Assembly (NCBI GenBank): GCA_031962025.1
Contig: JAVRKW010000002.1
DNA length: 64,000 nt
Reading direction: 5' to 3' (one strand)
DNA from: Pseudothermotoga sp.
GTDB taxonomy: Bacteria; Thermotogota; Thermotogae; Thermotogales; DSM-5069
The stretch's first letter is position 1; each line of letters opens with the position of its first letter. Shown here one piece after another: positions 21,161-29,987 of the stretch. The translations under genes and the position numbers were made by a program. The notes beneath the pieces were generated by a model that saw only the letters and a program-made list of their open reading frames with translations, was not told where the DNA came from and did not search any database.

Positions 21161-22965
21161 GAATTGCTATTTTTTGCTGTTAACTGTGACAGATAGGAGC
21201 CTGTGGCTTGCATTCTTGCAACAGCTTCCTCTAAGGCTGAGAATTTTGCCCACAGATCCTGCTCCTTTTTTTGTATTCTCTGGATCCAGTCTGCTAATTG
21301 CTGAGCAAGGACACGTTTTTCTCTGGCTATACTTCCATTCAGCCCCGCGACTGAGTCTATTTGTCCACCGTATTTTGTCACTTCTCTCATGTACTGCTGA
21401 ATTTGTTGAGCCAGACCAAGTGAGCCTGTTTCAGTGTTACCAAAAAATGCCCAGACAGCCTCGGGATTTTCTTCTATCTTTTTTCTGAGCGTGTCTTGAT
21501 CCAATTCGAGTTTTCCCACAGTCATATTTTCATAACCGTATGAACCAGTACTTATGCCAAGCTCCCACAGATAATTGATTTGTCCTGGTATCTTCTTTGT
21601 GATGTATTCTCTCATCTTGTTGAATATGGTTCTGACAAAAGAATCGTTCTTCAAAATCCCCTGCATTTTTTCTTCATCGGTCATCTGGCTCTCTTCTTTG
21701 TTTTTCACAGTGTCTTCTGTGAGTTTGGTGTAGATGTAGTTCATAAGATTGTTCCAGTTGTTGACAAATTCTTTCACCTGATCGATAATTGCGTCGGTGT
21801 TGTTTGTGACACTTACAGTTTGTGTTGAAGATGAAATGTCTTTGACTGTGATACTCAAGCCGCTGTAGTTGAAGGTATTTGAAGAAGAATAAAGATCTGT
21901 CCAGTTCACACCGTCACTGCTTATCTGTACATGTGCAGAGCTTCCAGCGTTAAAAACACCGATATCGAGTCCGAGCAACTGTCCAAGTCCTGTTGCATTA
22001 TCGTCGATCGATATAGTGGTTGAACCCGTTGATTTGGATGTAAGAACGAGTTTATCTGAGCTTGCATCGTACCTTGCTGTGACGTTGGCATTACTGTTGT
22101 TTATTGCATCGATGAGCTGGGTCAAGGTGGTTGTGGTACTGAAAGATATACTCACATCGTTGATTTTTATTTCTCCATCGCTCAGGGTCAATCCGCGATA
22201 AGAAGCAAGATCAGACAGAGTTTTGTTTGCCGAGATGGATCCAACATGTGCTGTGCTCTGCATCGAGTAGGTCGAACCATTTTGAGTTATTGGTGCGTCT
22301 GATAGGTTGAAAACCTGCATAAATGTGCCCCTAACCTGTCTTATTGCAAATGATTCATTGCTCTGTATGTTCAGTTTTCCATCAGAGAATGTCACATTTC
22401 CAGAGCCAAAAACCGTCTGGAGCTTTGAGACTATATCATCGATAGTATCGGTGGTGCTTATCGAAATAGTGTATGTGCTTGAACCTTTCTGAATTTTTAT
22501 TTCTGAATCGACCGGAGTATATCTGTAGACAAGACTTGAGAAAGTGGTTGAGCCGTCTGTGATCTGTGGACCAATAGTTCTGCCACTTGCCATGGAACTT
22601 TGCGTAGCTGTGGAGAGTACTTTGATGTAGTATGTTCCGTTTATCGCATTCGCATTGGCTGAAACTGTTAGAACCTGTGAGTCTGTCTGGACTTTTTTTG
22701 CTAAAAGTGAGGACTGGAGCTTGAAATTGCTTAAAAAGTTCATGAACTCTTCCAGCTTGTCATCCAGTTGCTGGTATGCTTTTTGCTTCAAATCTAACTG
22801 TTTGTATTTGGTATTCAGACTTTCTGCTTTCTGAACATCTGTGGACAATAGAGCATCTATGATAGAAGAAGTGTCAAGACCGGAAAATAATCCGCCAAAC
22901 TGTATTTTGCTCGATGAGCTCTGGTATCTGTAGTTAATCGTGCTGGCAATTGAAGATAGATCCAT
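21157..22965 (-). CDS. fliD: Flagellar filament capping protein
   Basis: FGGLFSGLDT..IIDAL N-terminus; C-terminal KFSALE coiled coil; downstream of flaG. Confidence 0.93.
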   Translation of the reverse strand: MDLSSIASTINYRYQSSSSKIQFGGLFSGLDTSSIIDALLSTDVQKAESLNTKYKQLDLKQKAYQQLDDKLEEFMNFLSNFKLQSSLLAKKVQTDSQVLTVSANANAINGTYYIKVLSTATQSSMASGRTIGPQITDGSTTFSSLVYRYTPVDSEIKIQKGSSTYTISISTTDTIDDIVSKLQTVFGSGNVTFSDGKLNIQSNESFAIRQVRGTFMQVFNLSDAPITQNGSTYSMQSTAHVGSISANKTLSDLASYRGLTLSDGEIKINDVSISFSTTTTLTQLIDAINNSNANVTARYDASSDKLVLTSKSTGSTTISIDDNATGLGQLLGLDIGVFNAGSSAHVQISSDGVNWTDLYSSSNTFNYSGLSITVKDISSSTQTVSVTNNTDAIIDQVKEFVNNWNNLMNYIYTKLTEDTVKNKEESQMTDEEKMQGILKNDSFVRTIFNKMREYITKKIPGQINYLWELGISTGSYGYENMTVGKLELDQDTLRKKIEENPEAVWAFFGNTETGSLGLAQQIQQYMREVTKYGGQIDSVAGLNGSIAREKRVLAQQLADWIQRIQKKEQDLWAKFSALEEAVARMQATGSYLSQLTAKNSNS

Positions 22966-22969
22966 ATCT

Positions 22970-23326
22970 TCACGCCCTTTCGTCGAACAGGACACCTATC
23001 AACTCCTGAAGGTTCTTGGCTATCCTCACGGCAACCTCCGGGGGAATCTGCCTTATGATTTCACCTGTCTCGGTGTTTTTGATCTTTATTATGATCATGT
23101 TCAAATCTCTGTCTATGGTGAACTGGGCTTCCGATTTGAGAAAGTTTTTGATCTTTTCAAAAGATTTCTTAATATTATCCAGTGTATCTTCTACATTGAC
23201 ATTTGACTGGTCATTCTGTTCCTGGTTGACGTGGTTTTCAAGACGCACAATATTAGACCTCTGTACAGAGGTTTTTTGGGTATTTTCAACATTACTTAAG
23301 ATCCGGTCCGTCGGATCGATTCTCAT
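22970..23326 (-). CDS. flaG: Flagellar protein FlaG
   Basis: TGEIIRQIPPE...GVLFDERA. Confidence 0.93.
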   Translation of the reverse strand: MRIDPTDRILSNVENTQKTSVQRSNIVRLENHVNQEQNDQSNVNVEDTLDNIKKSFEKIKNFLKSEAQFTIDRDLNMIIIKIKNTETGEIIRQIPPEVAVRIAKNLQELIGVLFDERA

Positions 23327-23360
23327 CCTGTCACCCCCGAACATCCTTTTTCTATATTAT

Positions 23361-23387
23361 TAATCGTCCATACAGCTAAATCCTTTA
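23361..23387 (-). promoter_or_regulatory. Sigma-28 (FliA) promoter of flaG-fliD
   Basis: Minus strand TAAA-N15-GACGATTA against consensus TAAA-N15-GCCGATAA. Confidence 0.7.
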
Positions 23388-23404
23388 ACAGATAGGTAAA
23401 AACC

Positions 23405-23413
23405 TGATATAAT
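23405..23413 (+). promoter_or_regulatory. Extended -10 promoter, predicted leaderless transcript
   Basis: TGaTATAAT ending 6 nt before ATG 23420; no SD. Confidence 0.6.
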
Positions 23414-23419
23414 CAAAGC

Positions 23420-24679
23420 ATGAAGAAATTTGTGCTGATTCTGGTTGTTTTGCTGTTATCTACATACGCCTTTACAGCGGTGGGCTTGAAGATCTACATG
23501 ACAGGTTCACAGGATAGCGGAAAACTCATTGACGATGTGGCAAAGTCATTGATTTCTCTGTTGCCTGCCGATGTGTATTTGCAATTGAGCATAGACGGTT
23601 CAATCACCTTTACATCACCAGTTGAAGTTGAAAAGGAACAGTGGTATGAACTTTTTTTCAGCGCAACTTATGATGCCACCCAGGAAAGATTCAATGCTGT
23701 ATGGATTGAAAACGACCAGCAAGTTTATTCGTGCTCTTATTCGAAAAAGGAACAAAGATTGTATTCGGAATTCATCAGGGAATGTTCGCACTATCCACTT
23801 GAGAAAGCGTCGCTGTGGCTTTTAAAGAATAACAGATTTGGCAGTTATCTGAGAGTCACGTATCATCCCTCTGTTGATGAGTATGCGAGTTTCAGCCCGG
23901 ATGGAAAATACCTTGCTTTCATAACAGACAGACTGTCTGGAAACAGAAATATCGCGTTGCTTGATTTGATAGACGGTAAGATCAGTATTTTACCTGTATC
24001 CGGTAGCAGCGAATATTTTCCAAGATTTTCTCCTGATGGTAAAAGAATAGCCTTTCAGGGATCTTTGCATGGTTTTTGGAATATATACGTCATGCCATTG
24101 GAAAACTATTCCAAGAACATCGTTTTGATTTCTGCCGGTACCAGTCCAGCTTACTGTCCAAACTGGTATGATGAAAACACCATTTTATACGTTCAGGACA
24201 GTGAAACTTCCAATGAACTTTATCTGGCAACTCTTGCAAAGAAAAGAACGAAAGTGAGTTTACCAGTCAGGTTTGACATGGTTTTTTCGCCAGTGGCTTA
24301 TAAAGGCACAATTTACTTTGTGGGACTAACAGATTCTGATTTTGGGATATACGCACTCACACCACAGGGAACTGTTGTCACGGTGGAGAACAGTTTTTTC
24401 AACGAACACGACCCGGCTATTTCGCCGGATGGAAGATACCTTGCCTATTCGTGTAACTCAACGGGATACTATACGATATGGGTCAAAGATCTACTGACCC
24501 AAGAAAAATGGTGCGTCACAAAAGATATCCCGCACGATGCCTTTTATCCAGCTTTTTCGCCGGATGGAAAGTTGATCGCGTTCAGTGTCTATGAAGGCAG
24601 TTACGAGCCTGATATCTGGCTTGTCAGGTTCACGCCAGTTTCGTCAGACTCTCAAGCTGAATCTGCTCCTGGGCAGTGA
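23420..24679 (+). CDS. Exported TolB-like (PD40/WD40) beta-propeller protein
   Basis: Signal peptide; repeated (F/I)SPDGK/R..AF motifs. Confidence 0.88.
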   Translation: MKKFVLILVVLLLSTYAFTAVGLKIYMTGSQDSGKLIDDVAKSLISLLPADVYLQLSIDGSITFTSPVEVEKEQWYELFFSATYDATQERFNAVWIENDQQVYSCSYSKKEQRLYSEFIRECSHYPLEKASLWLLKNNRFGSYLRVTYHPSVDEYASFSPDGKYLAFITDRLSGNRNIALLDLIDGKISILPVSGSSEYFPRFSPDGKRIAFQGSLHGFWNIYVMPLENYSKNIVLISAGTSPAYCPNWYDENTILYVQDSETSNELYLATLAKKRTKVSLPVRFDMVFSPVAYKGTIYFVGLTDSDFGIYALTPQGTVVTVENSFFNEHDPAISPDGRYLAYSCNSTGYYTIWVKDLLTQEKWCVTKDIPHDAFYPAFSPDGKLIAFSVYEGSYEPDIWLVRFTPVSSDSQAESAPGQ

Positions 24680-25088
24680 GCAGTTCTTTTGCGTTGAGTA
24701 TGATCAAAAGATCGTGATCGAGTTTGGCTATACCGAGCAGTATATTTGTCTTTGATTTGGTCACGTCTGTTGGTGGCTGCTCGATCTGTTTGTCTGTAAT
24801 GGTGAGAACTTCGTGAACCTGATCGACCAGCAATCCAACTTTTCTATCCTCCAGGTTGATGACGATGATCTTCGATGAAGGCTTTCTCTCGGTGTCCTTC
24901 AATTTGAATTTTTTCTTCAGATTTATGACTGGTATCACACTTCCTCTTAAGTTCATGATACCTTCGACATAATCTGCAGATTCTGGTATTTTGACGATTT
25001 TGCCCATCTCAACAATGCTGTCAACGTTCATGATGTCAAGTGCGAACTTTTCTTCGGAGAGCAAAAAGCTGACAACTTTCAGCTCCAT
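24630..25088 (-). CDS. cheW: Chemotaxis adaptor CheW
   Basis: YVEGIMNLRGSVIPVINL, GLLVDQVHEV. Confidence 0.95.
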   Translation of the reverse strand: MELKVVSFLLSEEKFALDIMNVDSIVEMGKIVKIPESADYVEGIMNLRGSVIPVINLKKKFKLKDTERKPSSKIIVINLEDRKVGLLVDQVHEVLTITDKQIEQPPTDVTKSKTNILLGIAKLDHDLLIILNAKELLTAQEQIQLESLTKLA

Positions 25089-25098
25089 TTCAATCACC

Positions 25099-25512
25099 TC
25101 ACTGTATTATCAAAAGTGTTTGTTGCGTTTCAACATTATCTCCTTCTTTTACAAGAATCTTTGCAACCTTTCCATCGTGTTCAGAGATAATATCATTTTC
25201 CATCTTCATCGCTTCAAGTACCAAGAGCTTCTGACCGCGGCTCACCTGTTGTCCTTCACTCACATGCAGTTTGATTATCAACCCGGACATCGGTGATTTC
25301 ACTTCGATTCCACCCGCGGAAGTAGACGGTTTTGGTTGTTCTGGTTTTGGTTTTTCAACAGGTTTTTCTGCTGGTTTTTCAACGGGTTTCTCAACAGGTT
25401 TTTCAACAGGAGTATTCACCGGTTGAAGAACCTGAGGAGTTGTTGAGCCAAGTTCTTCAACTTCGACGAAATATTCTTTTCCATTGACTACCACCCTGAA
25501 CTTGCGCGCCAT
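25099..25512 (-). CDS. Biotin carboxyl carrier subunit (MmdC-like)
   Basis: EAMKMEN biotinylation motif; Pro-rich linker. Confidence 0.92.
   Translation of the reverse strand: MARKFRVVVNGKEYFVEVEELGSTTPQVLQPVNTPVEKPVEKPVEKPAEKPVEKPKPEQPKPSTSAGGIEVKSPMSGLIIKLHVSEGQQVSRGQKLLVLEAMKMENDIISEHDGKVAKILVKEGDNVETQQTLLIIQ
25350..25410 (-). repeat. 12-nt tandem repeat encoding (PVEK/PAEK)x5 linker
   Basis: Five imperfect 12-nt units in the biotin carrier linker. Confidence 0.8.
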
Positions 25513-25832
25513 CCTCTCGCTCCTTTCCAGCCACTTTTTCTCCATGTCACTGTTCTATCCTCACCGTAATTCCTGCCGGGGTAAATATTCTTCACTACAA
25601 CAGGTTTTTGTAAAACCTCACTGATCACCGCACTTATGATTGCGATATGGCTTTCATCTTGAGGATTTATATCTTCAACTGGTTCTGATTTTTCTTTGAC
25701 TGGTGGTACATCCTGTTTTTTCGGCTTTTTTTGACCAAAAGCAGCTCCCATCAGGATGAAGATCAGGTATAGAATCACAAAGATCAGAAACACTGCTACG
25801 ATACCTGTTATAACGATCGAACCTATCGACAT
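25488..25832 (-). CDS. OadG/MmdD-family decarboxylase anchor subunit
   Basis: Single N-terminal TM, IAIISAVI, terminal WRKSG. Confidence 0.82.
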   Translation of the reverse strand: MSIGSIVITGIVAVFLIFVILYLIFILMGAAFGQKKPKKQDVPPVKEKSEPVEDINPQDESHIAIISAVISEVLQKPVVVKNIYPGRNYGEDRTVTWRKSGWKGARGWRASSGW

Positions 25833-25841
25833 CAGATCACC

Positions 25842-27389
25842 TCACAGAGGTATGTTACCATGTTTTTTCTTTGGATTGGACTTGACCTTTGTTTTGCAAA
25901 TGTCAAGTGCCATGGCGATCCATTCGCGGGTCTTTCTTGGGTCTATTACAGCATCTATGTAACCTCTCGATGCAGCAACGTATGGATTTGCAAAGGCATC
26001 CCGATACTGCTGTACCAGTTCTTTTCTTTTTTCTTCAGGATTAGGTGCACTTTCAATCTCTTTTCTGAAGATGATGTTCGCAGCACCTTCAGGTCCCATA
26101 ACCGCTATTTCTGCTGTGGGCCAGGCGGCAACGAAATCAGCTTCCAGGTGCTTGCTACCCATGGCTATATAGGCTCCACCGTATGCCTTTCTCAGGATCA
26201 CTGTTATCTTTGGTACAACCGCTTCACTGTATGCGTACAGAAGTTTCGCACCGTGCCTTATGATTCCTCCGTGTTCCTGCTGAACTCCGGGTAGGTAACC
26301 GGGTGTGTCAACAAAGGTTACGATCGGAATGTTGAAGGCATCGAGAAATCTTATAAATCTTGCGGCTTTGTCTGAAGAGTCTATGTCCAGAGAGCCAGCT
26401 AGAACAGATGGTTGATTTGCGATCACTCCGACGCTTCTGCCGGCGATTCTCGCAAAGCCAACAACGATGTTTCTCGCGTAATGCCTGTGCACCTCAAAGA
26501 AACTGTCCTGATCCACCACCATTTTTATCACATCTCTGACATCATACCCTTTATTGGGTTCAACGGGTACGATCGAAAGTATCTGATCGCTAACTGAAAG
26601 ATCGTAATCTGCAGGTACATATTCTGGCTCTTCCAGATTGTTCTGGGGTATATATGAAAGGAGTGTTTTGATCAAAGATGCCGCATCCTGCTCGTTTGCA
26701 GCCAGAAAATGTGCATTACCGCTTTTTGTGTTGTGTACATAGGCGCCTCCAAGGTCTTCCTGGTTAATATCTTCGCCTGTAACTGCTTTTATCACATTGG
26801 GACCTGTTATGAACATCTTCGCACTTTTGTCTATCATGACAACAAAATCAGTTATGGCTGGTGAATAAACAGCACCACCCGCACAGGGTCCTGCGATGAG
26901 AGTTATCTGCGGTATCAAACCCGATGCGATTGTGTTTCTATAAAAAATGCCACCATAGCCGTACAGTGAATCCACACCTTCCTGAATTCTTGCGCCACCG
27001 GAATCGTTGATACCGATAAGCGGTATACCGAGTTCCATTGCAAGGTCCATTATCTTCATTATCTTTTTTGCGTGCATTTCACCCAAGGAACCACCCATGA
27101 CGGTGAAATCCTGAGAAAAGATTGCAACCGGTCTTTTGTTGATCTTGCCTATACCTGTTACAACACCATCACATGGCAGATCTTCTTTGTCCATTCCAAG
27201 GAGTGTGGATCTGTGCTTGACGAACTTGTCTGTTTCGACAAAGGAACCTTCGTCAACCAAAAGATTTATCCTTTCGCGCGCGGTGAGTTTACCCTGAGCG
27301 TGTTGCTTTTCTATTTTCTCAGCTCCACCGCCTTGCTCTATCTTTTCGTTCATCTGCTGTAGTTTTTCTATCAATTCGTCCATCTTCAT
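25842..27389 (-). CDS. mmdA: Methylmalonyl-CoA decarboxylase / acyl-CoA carboxyltransferase subunit
   Basis: DSGGARIQEG, GPCAGGAVYSPA, RKAYGGAY, KKHGNIPL; clustered with mce and OadG/biotin carrier genes. Confidence 0.9.
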   Translation of the reverse strand: MKMDELIEKLQQMNEKIEQGGGAEKIEKQHAQGKLTARERINLLVDEGSFVETDKFVKHRSTLLGMDKEDLPCDGVVTGIGKINKRPVAIFSQDFTVMGGSLGEMHAKKIMKIMDLAMELGIPLIGINDSGGARIQEGVDSLYGYGGIFYRNTIASGLIPQITLIAGPCAGGAVYSPAITDFVVMIDKSAKMFITGPNVIKAVTGEDINQEDLGGAYVHNTKSGNAHFLAANEQDAASLIKTLLSYIPQNNLEEPEYVPADYDLSVSDQILSIVPVEPNKGYDVRDVIKMVVDQDSFFEVHRHYARNIVVGFARIAGRSVGVIANQPSVLAGSLDIDSSDKAARFIRFLDAFNIPIVTFVDTPGYLPGVQQEHGGIIRHGAKLLYAYSEAVVPKITVILRKAYGGAYIAMGSKHLEADFVAAWPTAEIAVMGPEGAANIIFRKEIESAPNPEEKRKELVQQYRDAFANPYVAASRGYIDAVIDPRKTREWIAMALDICKTKVKSNPKKKHGNIPL

Positions 27390-27395
27390 ACCCCC

Positions 27396-27803
27396 TCAAT
27401 GATTACCTTCAACAAGTTCGATTAAAACTCCACCGGTCGTTTTCGGGTGCAGGAACAGAACCTTTGTACCGCCAGCACCGGGTTTTGGAGAATCCGAGAG
27501 CGGCTGAAGACCATTTTTCCTGGCAAGCTCTACCGCTTGATCAATTCCTTCGACGTTGAAAGCCACATGGTGGATTCCTTCGCCTTTTGTTTCAAGAAAC
27601 TTGTTTATCTCTGATTGTTCATTCATTGGCTCGAGCAATTCTATTCTGCTCTCGCCAACTTTTATCATGTAAACCCTTATTCCTCTTGATGGAAGTTCTT
27701 CCACATGAACATCCTTCAAACCAAGAAAATTCTGATACAGTGAAAGTTTTTCAGAAGCATTTTTCACCGCAATACCCACATGGTCGATTTTTTTTGTAAA
27801 CAC
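27396..27803 (-). CDS. mce: Methylmalonyl-CoA epimerase
   Basis: IDHVGIAV, IELLEP, GEGIHHVAF, FLHPKTTGGVLIELVE. Confidence 0.95.
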   Translation of the reverse strand: MFTKKIDHVGIAVKNASEKLSLYQNFLGLKDVHVEELPSRGIRVYMIKVGESRIELLEPMNEQSEINKFLETKGEGIHHVAFNVEGIDQAVELARKNGLQPLSDSPKPGAGGTKVLFLHPKTTGGVLIELVEGNH

Positions 27804-27850
27804 GTCGGCACCTCCCGGCTTGGAAAAAATCTGGGGCGTGAAGCCCCATG

Positions 27851-28084
27851 TTATGCCACTTTTTCTTTTTCAGATTCTGTTTTAGATTCGCTCGGTTTTG
27901 AGCCGTTTTTTCTGTTATCCGTACAGTAAAATCCGCTTCCTTTGAAAACAATTCCCACTCTTGAAATCGCGCGTTTCATTTCTCCACCACAAGAATCACA
28001 CTTGACAACGGGATTCTCGTTGATCGAGTGAAGAATCGTCTTTTGTGATCCACAGTTGTCACACACATATCTGTAAAACGGCAT
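27851..28084 (-). CDS. FmdB-family zinc ribbon protein
   Basis: MPFYRYVCDNCG...CDSCGG...FKGSGFY. Confidence 0.9.
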   Translation of the reverse strand: MPFYRYVCDNCGSQKTILHSINENPVVKCDSCGGEMKRAISRVGIVFKGSGFYCTDNRKNGSKPSESKTESEKEKVA

Positions 28085-28162
28085 CCTGTCACCTCCCATG
28101 TCCGCTGGTGCTTTTACAATTCATATCTTAACCTCAACAGGTTGCAAAACTGTTAAAAATGA

Positions 28163-29308
28163 TCAAAATGCGCGTTTGATTATCTGGTACAGGTCCTGTT
28201 CGCTGAGTTTTTTTGGTGATTTTACAACAACGCCTTTCATCGTTCTGTATGCAACCTGTGCTATTTTTTCAAGCTGTGCCTGTTCAAAACCAAGCGTTGA
28301 AAGTTTTTGGTTGAGATTGAATCTGTTTTGAAATTCATAGAGTTTTTCGATGAAAAGTTTTGCAGCCTTTTTTACACTGTATTCTTCAACCCCAAAGATT
28401 TCCTTGGCAAGAACTGCAAGTCTTTCGTAGCAGTCATCGTACATGTACTCAAGTAGATGTGGACCTGTTATGCACAGCCCCAAGCCGTGTGGAAGCTGTG
28501 GATTGAACCCGCTCAATCCGTGTTCTATGGCGTGGTTTGCAATCACACCGGTGACAGTTTCAGTGATACCGGCTTCTGTGCTTGCCCATGCAAGATTTGT
28601 GCGTGCGTAGATATCATTGCCGTTCTCATAAGCACTCTGAAGGTTTGCAACGATCCTTTTCATGGAATCTACTGCCAGAGTGTCTGAATAGACATTTGCG
28701 TCTACATTGAGAAAAGCTTCCAGAGAGTGATAAAAAGCGTCCATAGATGTATAAGCTGTCTGGTCCTTTGGCAGAGTTGTCATCAGCGATGGATCAACTA
28801 TCGAAATCTTCGGGAAGATGACGCTGTAACCTATACCAACCTTTTCACTGGTCTGCGGGTTGGTTATAACGGCAAATGGGTCTGCTTCGGTACCGGTTCC
28901 GTGTGTTGTTGGTATTGCTATCACAGGTAGTGCTTTATCCGGTTTTTTTGTTACATATTCCCAGAACTTTCCACCCATCATCGCTGTTATGGCTATTGCT
29001 TTGGCTGAATCTATGGCACTTCCTCCGCCAAGACCGACCACAAAATCTACTTTTTCTTTAATTGCGATCTGTGCAGCTTCATCGACATCGTCGCTCACCG
29101 GATTTGGTTGTACTCTGTCGAAAACAACTACGCCGATGTTTTTCTGTTCAAGCATTTTCACTACTCTATCCAGCAAACCGGTCTGTTTTGAGCTCTTTTT
29201 ACCCGTGACGATCATTGCCTTTTTGCCAAGGTCTTTAACAGACGATGGGAGTTTTTCAAGAGCACCTTCACCAAAGAAGATCTTTGTTGGTAAAAAGATG
29301 TTGAACAT
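28163..29308 (-). CDS. Iron-containing alcohol dehydrogenase
   Basis: GGGSAID, PTTHGTGTE, DAFYH, HAIEH, PHG. Confidence 0.93.
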   Translation of the reverse strand: MFNIFLPTKIFFGEGALEKLPSSVKDLGKKAMIVTGKKSSKQTGLLDRVVKMLEQKNIGVVVFDRVQPNPVSDDVDEAAQIAIKEKVDFVVGLGGGSAIDSAKAIAITAMMGGKFWEYVTKKPDKALPVIAIPTTHGTGTEADPFAVITNPQTSEKVGIGYSVIFPKISIVDPSLMTTLPKDQTAYTSMDAFYHSLEAFLNVDANVYSDTLAVDSMKRIVANLQSAYENGNDIYARTNLAWASTEAGITETVTGVIANHAIEHGLSGFNPQLPHGLGLCITGPHLLEYMYDDCYERLAVLAKEIFGVEEYSVKKAAKLFIEKLYEFQNRFNLNQKLSTLGFEQAQLEKIAQVAYRTMKGVVVKSPKKLSEQDLYQIIKRAF

Positions 29309-29319
29309 ACTATCACCCC

Positions 29320-29763
29320 CTATATCAGGATTAATCCTTTTTCGATATATGCCTTTGCAAGACAAAGCATCTGTCCCCAGCCAAAGGCACATCCAAAAGC
29401 TATGGAAAGTTCATTGATATCAGCTATCAGGACTTTATCCTGTATCTTCACCCAGGTCCCCTTATCTTTATTGGCTTGAAAATTCACAGTCACGTGTGAT
29501 CTGAAACCGTCTTCATACTCATACCACCAGAATTCCCATGTTTTGTGCGGCTCAAGAATCATCGTGATGCCTCTGTCCTCTACTGTCTCGCCATCAGTCA
29601 ATCGGATCCAGCGGAAAAATATCTTTCCACCCTCTTTGACCTCCATCTTCATCCCGTCTGTGAACCATGGATCCCAGCCGTTTGAATTGACAAAGACGTT
29701 CCATACAGCTTCAATTGGTGCGTTGAAATATTCTATGAACTCCATCTTTGGTATTTCGATCAA
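29320..29763 (-). CDS. SRPBCC/START-like domain protein
   Basis: FNAPIEAVW...W...GW pattern. Confidence 0.8.
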   Translation of the reverse strand: MIEIPKMEFIEYFNAPIEAVWNVFVNSNGWDPWFTDGMKMEVKEGGKIFFRWIRLTDGETVEDRGITMILEPHKTWEFWWYEYEDGFRSHVTVNFQANKDKGTWVKIQDKVLIADINELSIAFGCAFGWGQMLCLAKAYIEKGLILI

Positions 29764-29880
29764 CCCTCAATCACCTCAACTGTGTGATCTTCCAATATCA
29801 ATTTTACATCACACAAATTGATTGTATATCTCTCAAAAATGTGGTATACTTAAAGAGAAATCTGGTATTTAAATATCCTC

Positions 29881-29908
29881 TTGACAAATTTTGTTTTTGT
29901 GGTATAAT
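29881..29908 (+). promoter_or_regulatory. Consensus sigma-70 promoter upstream of nhaC
   Basis: TTGACA-N16-TATAAT with extended TG; a second candidate TTGTAT-N17-TATACT at 29822-29850. Confidence 0.75.
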
Positions 29909-29914
29909 ATAAAT

Positions 29915-29940
29915 AAGCAGGGTTAAAACCCTGCTTTTTT
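29915..29940 (+). terminator. Terminator-like hairpin in the nhaC 5' UTR
   Basis: AAGCAGGGTT-AA-AACCCTGCTT followed by T tract. Confidence 0.6.
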
Positions 29941-29987
29941 GTTTATACTTGTTTTTAGAGAAAAGCCAACCGGGGGAGGTGTATTCA

